From Marsupella aquatica (Eukaryota; Plantae; Marchantiophyta): a DNA stretch of 64,000 nucleotides. Where the stretch lies: the NCBI GenBank assembly GCA_973895155.1, contig OZ316898.1, positions 436,751 to 500,750 on the forward strand. The letters run 5' to 3'. The notes under the pieces were generated by a model. It ran no database searches. It saw only the letters and a list, made by a program, of their open reading frames with translations, and was not told the DNA's origin. Shown in pieces: positions 10,776 through 23,362 of the stretch; the first letter of the stretch is position 1, and each line of letters opens with the position of its first letter. The translations under genes and the position numbers were made by a program.

Positions 10776-13764
10776 CTAGAACAACTTTGGCACCAGCAGG
10801 TTGATCCACGTTGGGCGCATGAGCAAGAGTATCAACATAGCTAGATCAATTTCCAACAAAACAGTCTTCCAACACCAAGATTTGTGGTTCAAACAAATAG
10901 AAAAAGTCTATCCAAAGCTTCTGTATTCTCCCACAAACATATGGAACAATGCAGAAAATAGGGAACACTGATTTTATGTCGTAGTGCAATTCAGTGAGAC
11001 CTTGCTCTGACTACAAAGGTGCGCATTGTTCGAATGAGCCGCTGCCTTATCCTTGAGTCCCCGATCCACTTCCTTCTCAAATATTCCACCACTGCCACTA
11101 GATACCATGAAAGCTAGGCGTAAGAAATATTAGGCAGTTTTGCTAGCGCAAGTGCTGAGCTCATGAGCAGGGAAGATTTCAGGGAGACTGAAACAAGCTC
11201 TTGCATTTACAAATTGGGTAGCGGCTGGAAGGTCGCTAGGACAGGAGGAAGCCGTGAGCACGGCAGGTTTCAGCAATTGAAACAAGCTCTTGCATTTTCA
11301 AATTGGGTAGCGGCGGGAAGGTGGCTAGGACAGGAGGAAGTCGTCACCCAGGTCGGGAGAAACCCTCAGAAAAGACAAAGGTAAGGTGAATGCCAGGTTG
11401 GAACGGGCAATTTTTTGATGGTGGGGATGGATGTCGACAATCCAATGGTCCCTAAACCCCCATCCCCTTAACATGCAACCCCCGACCCTTCACATCAAAC
11501 CCCCCCTAAACCCCCTTTAGTGAAAACCCAGCCACCCCCTAGCTAGCCTTGACATAAACCCCCTAATGTGCTTAAGACAACTCGACTGTGGCCACACTAT
11601 GTTTGCAATGCTAGGGTCATCCATTTAGAGCGCCGATTGCAAGCTCTGGCTCTCAAGATCCTCCCAAGGTAGCAAACAAGGTAGGGTTCACGGTCCATGT
11701 TCCTTTTACTAAACCGTTGCGTCACTATTTCAATCGAGTGTTCTTCGGCTGGACGTGCCCCTTTACAGACCCACACCACCTTGAGACCGGTACAAATCTA
11801 CCTTTGTGCATCTCGGTCTTTTATAGATGGATTTAGTAATGGCCAAGAATATGTTGACCATCCCTCTGTAGTCCACCCTCCATGAACCTCACTTCATTAA
11901 ACCCAAAATCTTTTTGGTCACAAAATAAGGCCATTTATGAGTTATGCCCCTTGCTATCACCCTCTTTATATAATTACCCCTCCTCAGCATAAGTGGTCAT
12001 TACCCTTGATGTGCTAGACTATTCATCCTTCACAAAGTAGCAAGGTTACTTCTCATAGTCTTTTAGTGAACCATAAAACACTAATAGTCTTTTGTAGTCT
12101 TCAACAAAACCGGTGCAATGGGTATGAGTCGTTTTAAGTATGGAAAAAGGACTTAGTGGGCTTAGTCCTATAAGGTATGGTCTAAATTGCCCCGGTTTCT
12201 ACTAGTGAGTGGAGAACTTTGTGTGAGAATGAGAGAGCTTGGACCATGGAGCTATGGTGATATGTACTTTTCGTGTACATAGTGAAGCTCTTGGTGCGGC
12301 CGTGGACGTATCCCAAACGGGGTGAACCACGTCGGTATCTTTGTGTCAGTGTACTCAAGTGCTATATGACTGATGATTATGAGACGTCATGTTGTCCGTT
12401 TCGATCCTACACAAATGTTAGACCATGTTGCGCAAAATTTGGATTTGCACAGGTACTTTGCGCCATTGTGCACGCAATTGCAGGATCTCTTCAGTTGATG
12501 CGTGGAACACTTGCAAGCATCGATGGGGAAGGAGGCGAGGATGGAGGCAGTGTCCTCCGAGTGCCAATCCCCGCAAATGTGGCTATCGTGGTCAAGCGGA
12601 AAGGCTATCAACCGCCAATGTTATGGCGATACGGGGCAACGGTGGGAACTGATCCCTCTATTTTGGCCCTTTTTCGGGGTTAGGGGCCCATTTGCCCGGT
12701 TGAGATAGTCTTAGTGGTATCCTTGGTTGGTTGTTTCCTTTTGGTTGTGGGGAACTTTGGCTTGTTTGGCCTTGGTTGGGCTTTTTCCCCTCCGGCTTCC
12801 CTTTATTTGGTTTGCCTTTGGGACCCGGGATACCCTGTCTCCCGGTTTGGTTTTATATACCGTTTTATATACCGGCTGTTTTATATACCGTCGACAGCCG
12901 GCGAACCCTCACATGAATGCCAACGGGGCCGGATGTGAGGACCGGGAATGTCATTGGATCTAGGCACTCACAAGCACGACGGTGGACCCCATTTGACTTC
13001 ACCGAACCAAGAAAGTACTTTGACGCACCGGTACCGGATGACTGCACTGTAAATCGAAGGCAGGGGCCATGGTTCTGAATCAGAGAAGAGGGAGCGCGAT
13101 GCAAATAATGGGCCCGTTGACTACAGCCGAAGAAGTGGAAGCTTTCCACCTGAAGGTCCGTTGAGCCGGGGTCAAGTGTTTCCTTCTTTCTTCCATTCTT
13201 CGTGGCTAGGGATCGTACTGTAATGATCGGCCGGCAAGAGGTGAAGTTTCTTTCGTGCCATGGTCGCGCTCGAATGCTGGTGGTATTATTTGGATTTCGT
13301 GGAAGCTGGAGACGGCCCACGATCTGGCTAGTTTCATCCCGGTATTTCAAATGCGAGGCTAGATGGCGAAGAACGACGAGATATCTGGAATAGACTCAGA
13401 TTTCTCGCGAGGGCGGGTGGCGATGATTGGCATGGGAGTGGAAATTGCTTAGCCTGATTCTAGCTTAGTATAGATCTGACACCATCGAGACACGGACCAA
13501 TTTGGAGCAGCGGTGTCTTGGAGGGAGGGAACGACGAATCCGCTGCGATCGAAATGGCTCACTTCGGGGTCTTCTAAGTGCGGGTTCCTTTGCCCCGTAA
13601 TTTCGCGGATCGAAACCCGGGGTTTACATTTCAAGCATCGTGTGGGCTCGTTAGAGGGCACTCTGTCGCATAGCTCCAGATCTATTCATTTGGAGTGTGT
13701 TGCCAAGCCCTTGGAATCTTCTTTCTGGTTTCAAAGCAGTTGTATTTGGAAGGTGTAACGCAAG

Positions 13765-15428
13765 ATGACAGAGTCAAGGCTCCCTCCTGCAGAGGCTAGT
13801 TACAAAGATGTGTCCGGGGACGAAGCGGCCCAACTTTGGGCTCGTCAGCTTAGGAGTGTTGGAGCTGGTCTGCTCTATGGCTTTGTTGCGCTATTCATGG
13901 GTTTCATAAATAAGGTAACTTCCAAAGCCGACCTAAACTATAGGTGTCGCGTTTGTTGATTAGTTTTCGCTTGTGTAGTAGTCTCGTAACGCAGTGAACA
14001 GAATCGTTATTTGTATGAAGTGTATGATGAAGTGATATCCTCGGGAGCGAATCGCTTTATCCACAAAAGGACTGGAAGTAGATAATTGAGTCGGTGGTTG
14101 CGATTCTTTCACTGACACTAACTTTGCTGTGACGTCAGGGTATTCTTCAATTATGGCCTTACTCAAACACCTTATTAACGCTTCAAATGTTGGCATCGAT
14201 AGCTATTATTTACTCCGGGAAATACATGGGGCTCCTTACCGTACATCCTCTCAATCTTAAATCTGCAAAAAACCTACTTCCAGTTGTTTTCTTTTATAAT
14301 GCAAACGTGGCGTTTGCACTTGCTGGACTGCAAGCTTTGAATATTCCTGTTTTCAATGCACTCAAACGCCTTACGCCTGTCCTCGTAGTTGGGGCCAAAT
14401 ATGTAATCGGAGATGCAATACCGTCAAGACATGTCCTGTTCTCCGTACTTCTTATCGTTGTTGGATGCATAGTTGCTAGTTTTGGGGACTTGAGCTTTGA
14501 TTTAGTAGGCTACACACTGGCTCTTACAAGCTGTGTTCTTCAAACAACATACCTTTTGCTTGTTGAGAAGAGTGGCAGTGAGAAAGGTTACAACTCTCAT
14601 GAGCTACTTCTCTATAATGCAACTCTGTCGTTACCCGTTCTGTCCACAATGATTTTTGGCACGGGGGAGGCTGCGGCAGCCTTTTCTTCCTTCAGTACCA
14701 ACATGGCTTCGTCAACTACCTTCTTGCCAGTGCTGGTCTTTTCGTTGTTGATGGGATCTTTACTGAACTACACCTTGTTTCTCTGCACACTAATGAACTC
14801 GGCTCTTACTACGACAGTCGTGGGAGCCATGAAAGCCTTACTTTCATCGGTAAGATCTCAACCTGTTCACAACTTCCGCTGCTCGCACAAACCATAGGGT
14901 TACGTAAGTAGGACTGGTTTTAATATGGTGTAGATCGTTCTCCCTCCTACTTATGACTTGGGTAGAGAGAGGAGTCCGTGGAACCATGACTTTATACCTG
15001 TCTAACAGTCAATTGTTATGCACTGACAAACTACTGGGGTAGAAGCATCATAGTGCAGAACATCGAAAGGTTAGGATCTAGGGTGACGTCATTTGTATGA
15101 CATCTATTGCAAGGTTTGTAGATAGACAGAAGATTAGTCTCTCTCACCTTTATATGTATATGTTAATGATAAGGAATCCTACTCAGTAGATGCTTTTTCT
15201 TTCCTTTTGCAGATTCTGGGATTCTTCCTACTTGGAGGAGTAGAAGTGACACCATTGGTAGTTGCAGGTATTGCGATGAATACTTTGGGAGGCATCTGGT
15301 ATGCATTTGCAAAGTATAAGCAAAAGCAAAAGAGATATAATCTTCTACCTAGGAAGAGTTCGGACCTAGAAACTATTCAGAGTGGGCAATCACTGCTGCT
15401 TGTCACTGTTCCTCAAGGATCCAAGTGA
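13765..15428 (+). CDS. Nucleotide-sugar transporter (SLC35D/UTR7-like, TPT/EamA fold). Exons 13765-13914, 14139-14849, 15213-15428; 358 aa
   Basis: GT-AG junctions give a continuous frame: FINK|GILQLWPYSNTLLTLQ, LNIPVFNALKRLTP, LNYTLFLCTLMNSALTTTVVGAMK, ILGFFLLGGV...NTLGGIWYAFAKY. The protein is hydrophobic and multi-pass. Confidence 0.92.
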
Positions 15429-16879
15429 AATCTCACGATCAGAAATAACAATTTAGGATGGAGACAAGACCGTACTGATTTGTAGTACCTTTCCATGAGT
15501 TCAAATGCGACGTGAGGTCACCTCTTGGTATGCACTCTTTGAGCCTTGGCAATGTAAGCAGCTCGCAAGGAATGTAGTACTGGGATAGCCAATAATTGAA
15601 AGTATTCATCCGTGCAGAATCTCGAAGCTCTGGATGGCTACATGCCACAGTCCTGTCTCTATATTATGAGTCTTATAGCTGAACTTAGCATTACCCTTGT
15701 TAACTTTACAACTGCGACCTATGTCAATGCGAAGGGAACCTGGATGAGCTTACAATTTTCAAATGATCGAAAAACATCAAATTGTTCTGTTCGCGAACGT
15801 TTCCCCTCCAAGCCGGGAGTCTAAAAACATCCCGGAGGGCTTCCATTGGTTGTACACGAATTCATCATCCTCGCAATGGCTAGCTTTGAAAGCAAATTAC
15901 TAGGCCGGTTGTTCACTGTTTAAGCACGGAAGTGCATTGGATCACCATTGTTTGCTAATAGTACAAACTCTAGATTCGTTGAAGAATCTTCATAGTTGAG
16001 GGGTGACTTATTTCTTTCTTTCTTTCTTGTATAAACAGAGAAGAGATGAGCTTTCCCAAAATGCCTGAATTGCTGTGTGTGTAAAGTGGCACTTGAATAG
16101 TGCGAGGCCATTCAGGGCTTCAGGTTATGGCATTAAGGTGTGATGCAGTCTGGGATTCACTATTTCCATCTTGTCGAGTGTTTTCTCGTCCCTACCCTTT
16201 TTCTGCCCCTCTGCAGCGTATCTCGCTTGCACTAGTACGAGTCATAGGTGAATGACACTGACCATTCCCTTATTTTTCCGGCAAGGGGAAATTTCAGAGC
16301 TATTCTGACCCTCTAGTGGGGATGATAACCTTTCTAGGAATCTCTGTTAGTCATTAGAATATACAGTCGATTCTCAAAAGCCCAGTTGTTGACTCTCTAT
16401 CGGAATTTTGATTATTTAAGACTTTCGTAATCATAGTTACCCCCTTGAACCACATGCACATAGATGGAAAGTTGTGCTATCTTTCACTTATTTGCCTCCA
16501 CAACTAGTCAATTGCTTGATCGCTTTCCATTTAAGGTCGCTTGCTCAGTATTTTCTAAGGGGTTATATGTCACGACACCGAACTACAGGACTGCGCGGAA
16601 ACACAGTTTTTCTTCGAATATTTCCGATCTTCTAAGGATTCCTAGTGCTTCTCAGGTTATTGCGAATTTTCCCTGGTAACTACTGCGGAATATGAAACCT
16701 TATGCAAGAGTCTTTTACTGTACTTGTACCTAATCAAAATCTCCCTCATCTGCTGCAGGTCTTATATACTTCAGTTCATACCTAGGACGAAGAACTTTGG
16801 CAGTCATGTCACATAGTCCAACACCAATTCTATTACCTACAGCAGATCAGGCGTATTATTGTGTCCCCTTACGAGCAAA

Positions 16880-17033
16880 TGATCTCTATAACAGTGCCAA
16901 GCACGAAACAATTCGAACATATAATCCATCAGGGTGAGGAAATATCCTTAAAATCCTGATCTCTATAACAGTGCCAAGCACGAAACAATTCGAACATATA
17001 ATCCATCAGGGTGAGGAAATATCCATAAAATCC
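16880..17033. repeat. 77-bp near-perfect tandem duplication
   Basis: tgatctctataacagtgccaagcacg...taaaatcc occurs twice. A more diverged ~69-bp duplication follows at ~17062-17200. Confidence 0.9.
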
Positions 17034-18744
17034 GTTCGAAAAAATTGATTCTACTGACGTAGTGATCGTCATTCGACTGCAAAGTATTTTTTCTCTTTCT
17101 CTCGAAGGAAATTTCTCCCCTCCTGTTGTGATCATCATTCGACTACGAAGTACGTTTACTCCTTCACCTGAAGTAAATTTCTCCCCTCATGCTGTGATCA
17201 TGTGCACACTCATATATTCTGTCCATGCCGAAGTACTAGCTGTCTGATTGATGTCCAAGAAACTTCCCAATCACAGTTGTCATTGTGCTGGGCGGAGGTT
17301 TCCTCCCTACATGGGGCAACCTCTTATGTGCCTAAGGACCTTGAAACCATTAGTTTCTGCTTAACACGGATTAAGTCATATTACTCATTACCGGCCATGT
17401 TGGCAGCGTCACACTTGTGCACATCAATGGATACTACATTTGGTGGAGTCCCATTGTTCTTCATCAAAAGAGTGCAAAGCAATGTCGATTGAGGCAACAC
17501 TGGCTAGAAAAGCAAAATGTTTCTGGTGGCAACCAGAGCCATGAGCTGCATGATGCGGCTGTGTGGAATCATGGATTAGGGCACAAATCAATTTTGGTGT
17601 TAATTTTCAAAGATTAGGAATAAGATAGGTTTTGTCGTTCTTATTCCAATGGTGTAAAGTGAAGATCAAACAGAGGTCCGATTATGGAGTTAGATATGTT
17701 CGATCAAAGTTTCTTTCCATTTGTGATACAAAAAAGCAGTGCACATTGCAAATGATACTTTTTTACACAAGACTAGTAAAGAACCTTGACTTGTTGGCCA
17801 CACAAGGACTGGACAAATGGGTTTTGTGCATTCTTCTTAAGGTGGTGGAGTCTTTCTACGTGAGACTTACATAGATCTTTGGTTTGTGGGTCTCACTATA
17901 TGGAGAACTCCCCATCACCTACAATGTTTTTAGGCCTCAGACCCCCTAAAATGTAAGAATTTTTTGTAAGTTTTCAACCCCTATAAGTTGGAATATTCCA
18001 GAAATTTGGTTGGAATGACCCTAATGTTCTTATAAGTCGCAAAATTAGATTTAAAATACCCGATTGTTCTTCTCAGAAAATTCTTAAGCCTTATTTTCAA
18101 GCCAATAAAATGACCCTATCCTTCGTCGCATGTGATGTGTCATTTATGTGGAAATGAAACCCCCGAGATCTTTGGTTTGTTGGGCAAGATTGAGCTTGGA
18201 TAATGGGGCCAAAAGACTCTTTCTCAAGGCGGCAGAGAATTTTTTTCTACACAAGAGTAGTGTAGAACTCTACCTAGCTCTACACGAGAGTCGTGTACAA
18301 TTTTTGCTAGTTTTGTATTTTTGGTACCATTTTGGTACAAATTCTGCAATTTGGCAGGGCAAACAAATTTCAATTTCCAAGATTTTTAGCAGGGGTGTTC
18401 CCAAGGGAGTTAAACCACACCTGCCACTATAAAAGCCTCATTCCATGTCTCACTACTCACCATAAAAGGTGAAACACTAGCACCTTTTGTGGAATACTTG
18501 CCAAAAAAAGGTTTTGCAGTCAACACCTTTTGTGGAGCTCAAAGTCCATTCTTGAACAATTGCTCTTCACAATGAGAGCTACGGGTTACTCGTAGCCCTT
18601 TATAGGGGCAGGTGTGATTTAAAGAGAGGCCTTGAAATTTGGTCTAGCAACCGAAGGTTGATGGATTTTTCATTAAAAATATTCTCTCATGGGGTCAAAA
18701 ATGATGCTTGAAATCATCTTTAGCTGCTTCAATTGAAGCACCCT

Positions 18745-20225
18745 AGTCGCGGAACTCGACTACCTTAACACTTAGCTCCGGCGTCGCTGACTCCGACCCC
18801 GAGCTCCCCTATGGTCCAGGCCCGGGATGGCCATCTAGGGAGGACTTCGCATGGGGATGCTTGTGGGCAATGGGCGTGGCACAGGCGATGGCAAGGCGCT
18901 AAGCTAGTGACACACACTAAGACTTAGACTAGCTGAGGGCTGGTTGGGTTATGGGAAAGGGCCGGGCTCAAGGTTGACTATCCGGACCCCGGACAAACTT
19001 TGAGTTCTGAGTGCTTGAGTGAGAGCTCCTCTTGGGCCCAAGGCCAATGGAGTTTACTCCATGGGCAACGGACGCTTGGGGCATGAGTTACGACCTGATT
19101 CGGGGTTGGTCGATTGGGGCCCCCAGGCCACGACGGGATCTGAGGGCCTAGGCATGAGCATTAGGTCAGCCTGATCACAATGGGCTAAGGCACTCTGCTT
19201 ACAGACGCCTAACTAGAAAGTTATGGGCATCGCCAGTTGGTGGCACCCCCATACGTGCGGGTTGGGTCCAGGTGGGGGGCCAAATTTTGGGGACCAAAGT
19301 TGGTTCGGGGGTGGCAGGTCTCCAGAAGCATATATGAGAGGAGTGATGTCTCCCTAGGGGCTAAGGGCGAACCGAAGTCGTGAGCCGCGGCGGTTGCAAC
19401 ACTAGGAGAAAACACCACACGTAAACGACAATCTCTTCCCAATAGGAAGTCTGTTGGAGGACTTCTTGGATGCGTTAGAAAGCTCTCAAGGAGGAGTACA
19501 TCCCCCTAATCTTAGCTGGGTCTAGGGGTGCCATGAATACTCAGGGTTTGTTGGGGCCATCTCCCCAACTTGCCGAATCCTACTGAACAGTAGCCAAGCC
19601 GCGTTCAATCTCCCAAGGAAGCTTGCGTTGGGGAGGCAAGACCATGTAGGCGTGGAGGTTGAGTTCCAGAGGCGCTTGGCCCCTAGGCTACCAATGGGGC
19701 GAGAACCGGGAGTTGGTTGCTAGAGTGGAGGCCATTCTAGTCCCGACGTGTTGGAACAACCTTGGGACAACCTACGCTAATTTGGGCCATGAGCATGTCC
19801 TGGAGGTAGGGCGGTCACTTGGTGATGGATAGGTACGAGGGGCAACCTGGGCTGAACCCAAGGAAGGAGCTGTTATGGACGAACAGTGGGTGTCGGTTCT
19901 GGTTCCGGCTTATGGCAATGGGAGGACCTATCGCTGACCTACTTACCAATGTCTGTTGAGCTTGAGTTAGGATGCTAGACTTGGCGAGATCTAGATCCGA
20001 TTGGGGTTACTATCGAAGTACTTGGTTGCTTGTGAAGACAGTGAGGACCGTTGAGCAATGGTTGTGTTAGAGAGCAAGCGCGACTTTGTATGGGAGTGGC
20101 CGCAGGTGGTGTGAGGGGCACCAGTTTGCTTGCTAAAGGAGTTACGTGGAGGCGTTCGGGCACCAAGGGAACTTAGGCGTGGGTGCTGGGATTGGTGAGG
20201 GCGTTGGGTGGCAAGGTCCACCACT
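18745..20225 (+). mobile_element. Solo-LTR-like element with AGT...ACT termini (copy 1, 1481 bp), inserted in a copia pol remnant
   Basis: Starts AGTCGCGG and ends CCACCACT. Perfect 5-bp TSD ACCCT at 18740-18744 and 20226-20230. Aligns along its whole length with the reverse complement of 33612-35104. Confidence 0.88.
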
Positions 20226-20230
20226 ACCCT

Positions 20231-20985
20231 TAACATCTGGTCTACACAAGCCATAGATTTGTGGCATGCACGGTTAGGGCACTTGAGTGGTAAGAGATTG
20301 GCATCCTTGCCAAACAAAGATTTGCTTCAAGGAGCCAAATCCGAGAAGCTCTTTTTCCTGAAGATTGTATCTTTGGCAAGCAAAAGAGAGGGAGTTTAAG
20401 TTCTAGTTATTATCATTCTCACGTGATTCTTGAATATGTACATTTGGATGTTTAGGGTCCAACATCGGAGCTGTCGTTGGGTGGAGTCAAATATTTTGTG
20501 ACATTTGTAGATGATTACTCTCAAATGTGTTGGTTGTACAATATGAAGTAGAAGTCTGAAGTATTTGAGATCTTAAAGGAGTGGAAAACCATGGTGGAAC
20601 TACAGACTGGAAAGGAGTTGAAGTGTGTCCGATCAAATAACGATGGGAGTATAAGTCCAATGAGTTTTATCACTTTGGTTGGAACTTTGGCCTCAAACGT
20701 CATTACATTGGACTGGAGACCCTGGAGCAGAATGAAGTAACAGAACGGTTGAATCAGACAATATTGGAGAAAGCACGCAACATGCTGTGTAAGTCCAAAT
20801 TGTCCAACATGTTTTGGGCTAAAGCTGTCAACCAAATTGCACGTGTTTACAACTGTTACAACATAGTAGTAATATGATGCAATATCTATTTGATTTATGG
20901 TATTAATAAGGGACCTACTGATTACTCTAGACTCTGAGTTTTTGGTTGTGTTGTCAATATTCACATTGAACAAACACACACGTCT
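20231..20985 (+). pseudogene. Ty1/copia GAG-pre-integrase and integrase core remnant
   Basis: LWHARLGHLS, then EYVHLDV*GP..SLGGVKYFVTFVDDYS...KSEVF...KELKCVRS, with stops and frameshifts. Confidence 0.9.
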
Positions 20986-20989
20986 AAGT

Positions 20990-21246
20990 TGGATCCGGGG
21001 TTGGATCTTAATTAGATCAGGATAGGTTACTTATTGATCTGTTTGGTTGCCTGTGCAGACAGTGGGGATCATTGGGTGACGATTGGGTTAGAGAGCAAGT
21101 GCAGGCTTTGTATGGGAGTTGTTGCTGGTGGTGATAGAGGCATAGAGTTGCTTGCTTGAGGAGTTCCATGTAGATGTCGGGCGCCAAAGGTACTTTGGCA
21201 AGAGTACTGGGATTGGCGAGGGCATTGGGTGGCAAGGTCCATCATT
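20990..21246 (+). mobile_element. Diverged 3' end fragment of the AGT...ACT LTR family
   Basis: Similar to 19990-20225 and ends ...gggtggcaaggtccatcatt, a C-to-T version of ...ggtccaccact. Confidence 0.75.
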
Positions 21247-21249
21247 GGG

Positions 21250-21638
21250 TATATGGGAAGGGCACACAAACTTGTGCTCACACTTGAAGGTTCATTCTCA
21301 AGGAGAGAGAGTGATAGGGTGAGAGGAGAAGCTCTAGCACATTAGCTATGGAGTGTAACCATTTCATTTTACTTGATTTCTCTCACAACGGTGGACATAG
21401 CCCAGACGGGGTGAACCATGTACTTTAGTGTCGGAGTCTAGTACCATTTTGTCACTTCAATCAACTTTGTGCCATTGACTTTGGGTTTATGTTCTGTGGG
21501 ATGTTCTGGCACACTTCACTTTTTGCTGTCCGCTCCGGCCTAATCAACTTAGTTTGTGCCATTCACTTCTTCCTTGTGGAGTTGTGGTTTATGTTTAGGC
21601 AAGACTTTTTTCCAAATGAGTCATGCTCATTTCATAAC
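21250..21638 (+). mobile_element. Copia-type LTR 3' portion
   Basis: Contains the gtggacatagcccagacggggtgaaccatgta motif and ends ...cataaca. It lies downstream of the integrase remnant. Confidence 0.55.
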
Positions 21639-22306
21639 ATAGTCTAAGTATTCAGGCAGAGCCTAGTACTTTGGTTAAGAGTCATCATTTATGATAGAGT
21701 CTTGTTTTATGTTGTGGCAAACTTGGGCCAGAGCGGCCAGAGCGGACACGAGCATAGGGGACTTGGGCTGGAGCGAGCGACAACAAGTGAAGGGTGCCAA
21801 AACATTAAACCCAAAATAGATGGCACAAAGAAAAATAGGGTTGGAGCAAGTGACAAAGTAATAGAATCTTGGTTTTTTTTTTGACAAATTTGGGCTAGAG
21901 CGTACAGTAGCATTGGGGTTGGGATGAGCATTGTAAGGGCCAGGGGAAGGAGGGAAAATGGGGGAACATTGAAGCTTTGCCATGCAAGCTAGATTCGGAG
22001 AATATTCTATACACAAGTGTGTTGTATTTGGAGAATATTCGATACATGTGTTTCATTGGCCACCTATCCAATTAGGTCGACCGCACGGTGTAATTGTCGA
22101 ATTCGATCGTTCGGAGTGCCACGAATCCTTGCACAATTCGACATCTTATTAAGCACGCTGGGGGTGGTCAAAGCTGGCATTTTGATACTGCCTCGATTGG
22201 GCATTCACCACCTGGGTAGGGCTTGTGGATTGGAGTTTCGAGGGCAGAACGCCGAATTCATGGGCTAGAGCTGGCTTGCTTGAATTGACTGGGGCTCTTT
22301 TCATAC

Positions 22307-23362
22307 ATGGCCAAGAAGAAGAACGGTGATCGGTCTACGGAGGGGGCCGGGAAGAAGGGGAATCGGTTGCAGACCTTTGCGGAGAAATTGAGAGATCACA
22401 AAGAGCTTGCATCACGTTGGGCTGTTCTGCATCAGGCTCGGGTGGAGTATTTTCGAGGAAAGGACTTTACTGCGCTGCTTAGGAAGAATCCGGATCTGAA
22501 GAAGGTCCTGGCAGATGGGGGAGAACTCGGCCCGGATGAAGACGACGAGGAAGAAGCGGTTGGAAATCTTCTGTTGGAAAGGAAACTTGTCGTGCGTTGT
22601 GATCGACTTGTGAAGACTGTGCGCACTGGCAAGAAGAAGCTCTCTAAGTGGCCTGCACGCATTGAGCTTTGTCCAGACCAGAGCTTCTCAGAGGACGATG
22701 CTTTCTTTGCTTGGACCTTTGAAAAGCGACGCCCACTGTGGCAGACCATTCTTTCTTTTCTGCTCCCAGTTATAACCCTTGCGTGCTGTCTGTTTCCAAT
22801 CTTTCCACACTGGTGGAAGTTGAGCGTCCTCTACTTGTGTTTGACATTGCTGGGCCTCATTGTCGGAGTATTCTTCGTACGCTGGGCGGTCTTTGCAACT
22901 CTGTGGATTCTGTTCGGCTGGAGGTTTTGGTTTTTTCCAAATATTCTTGCGGAGGAGGCGACGTTCACAGAACTCTTCCAGTTTTGGCCAGACAAGGGCA
23001 ACGAAAATGATCCGCCGGTCAAGAAAACTACTCGGCTGGCGTTTTCAGTGTTGGCAGCAGTGATTGTGTGGGCTTGCATTCACAATGCCCCTGATGAGGC
23101 ATCTCGAACTAGATACCAAAAGAAAGTCTCAAATATTATCGATGAGGTCTTAATATGGAAGCCAAACTTTGCTGCCCTCAATGGCTACGCAAAGGAAGCC
23201 ACAGTTATAGTGAATGACACCGTACTTAACAGGACTTCGGTGGACTCCGATTCTAGTGTTTCTGAGAGTGTGCCAGCTGAGATGCAAGATTCTGCGGATG
23301 GGGAGATTGTGGACAGAGTTGAAGAAGGCGCACAATCAGCTGGCATCTCCGGAGATGCTTGA
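22307..23362 (+). CDS. SEC62: Translocation protein SEC62, single exon, 351 aa
   Basis: Plant Sec62 motifs: FAEKLRDHKEL.SRWAVL...RVEYFRGKDF, VRCDRLVKTVR.GKKKLS.WPA, DAFFAWTF..RRPLWQT, TLACCLFP, NILAEEAT..ELF, RYQKKVSNIID. Confidence 0.96.
   Translation: MAKKKNGDRSTEGAGKKGNRLQTFAEKLRDHKELASRWAVLHQARVEYFRGKDFTALLRKNPDLKKVLADGGELGPDEDDEEEAVGNLLLERKLVVRCDRLVKTVRTGKKKLSKWPARIELCPDQSFSEDDAFFAWTFEKRRPLWQTILSFLLPVITLACCLFPIFPHWWKLSVLYLCLTLLGLIVGVFFVRWAVFATLWILFGWRFWFFPNILAEEATFTELFQFWPDKGNENDPPVKKTTRLAFSVLAAVIVWACIHNAPDEASRTRYQKKVSNIIDEVLIWKPNFAALNGYAKEATVIVNDTVLNRTSVDSDSSVSESVPAEMQDSADGEIVDRVEEGAQSAGISGDA

Larger units (their letters stand above)
7574..12207. mobile_element. Non-autonomous CACTA (En/Spm) element, 4634 bp
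   Basis: Perfect 18-bp TIRs CACTAGTAGAAACCGGGG / CCCCGGTTTCTACTAGTG. 3-bp TSD AGT at 7571-7573 and 12208-12210. Subterminal gact/agtc repeats are present and no transposase ORF was found. Confidence 0.95.
7205..12413 (+). mobile_element. Ty1/copia 3' end (RNase H tail, polypurine tract, 3' LTR), with the LTR split by a CACTA insertion
   Basis: HDRVKHINIRYHFIRQAV...NPVDMLTK is a copia RNase H motif. The PPT agagtcaagggggatt is followed by TG at 7449. The LTR resumes after 12210 with the typical gtggacgtat...ggtgaaccacgt motif and ends near gatcctacaca (~12413). Confidence 0.8.

Noticed and set aside
17500-17874. Possible CACTA transposase C-terminal (DUF4216-like) remnant
   Set aside because: Similarity is too faint to support by eye.
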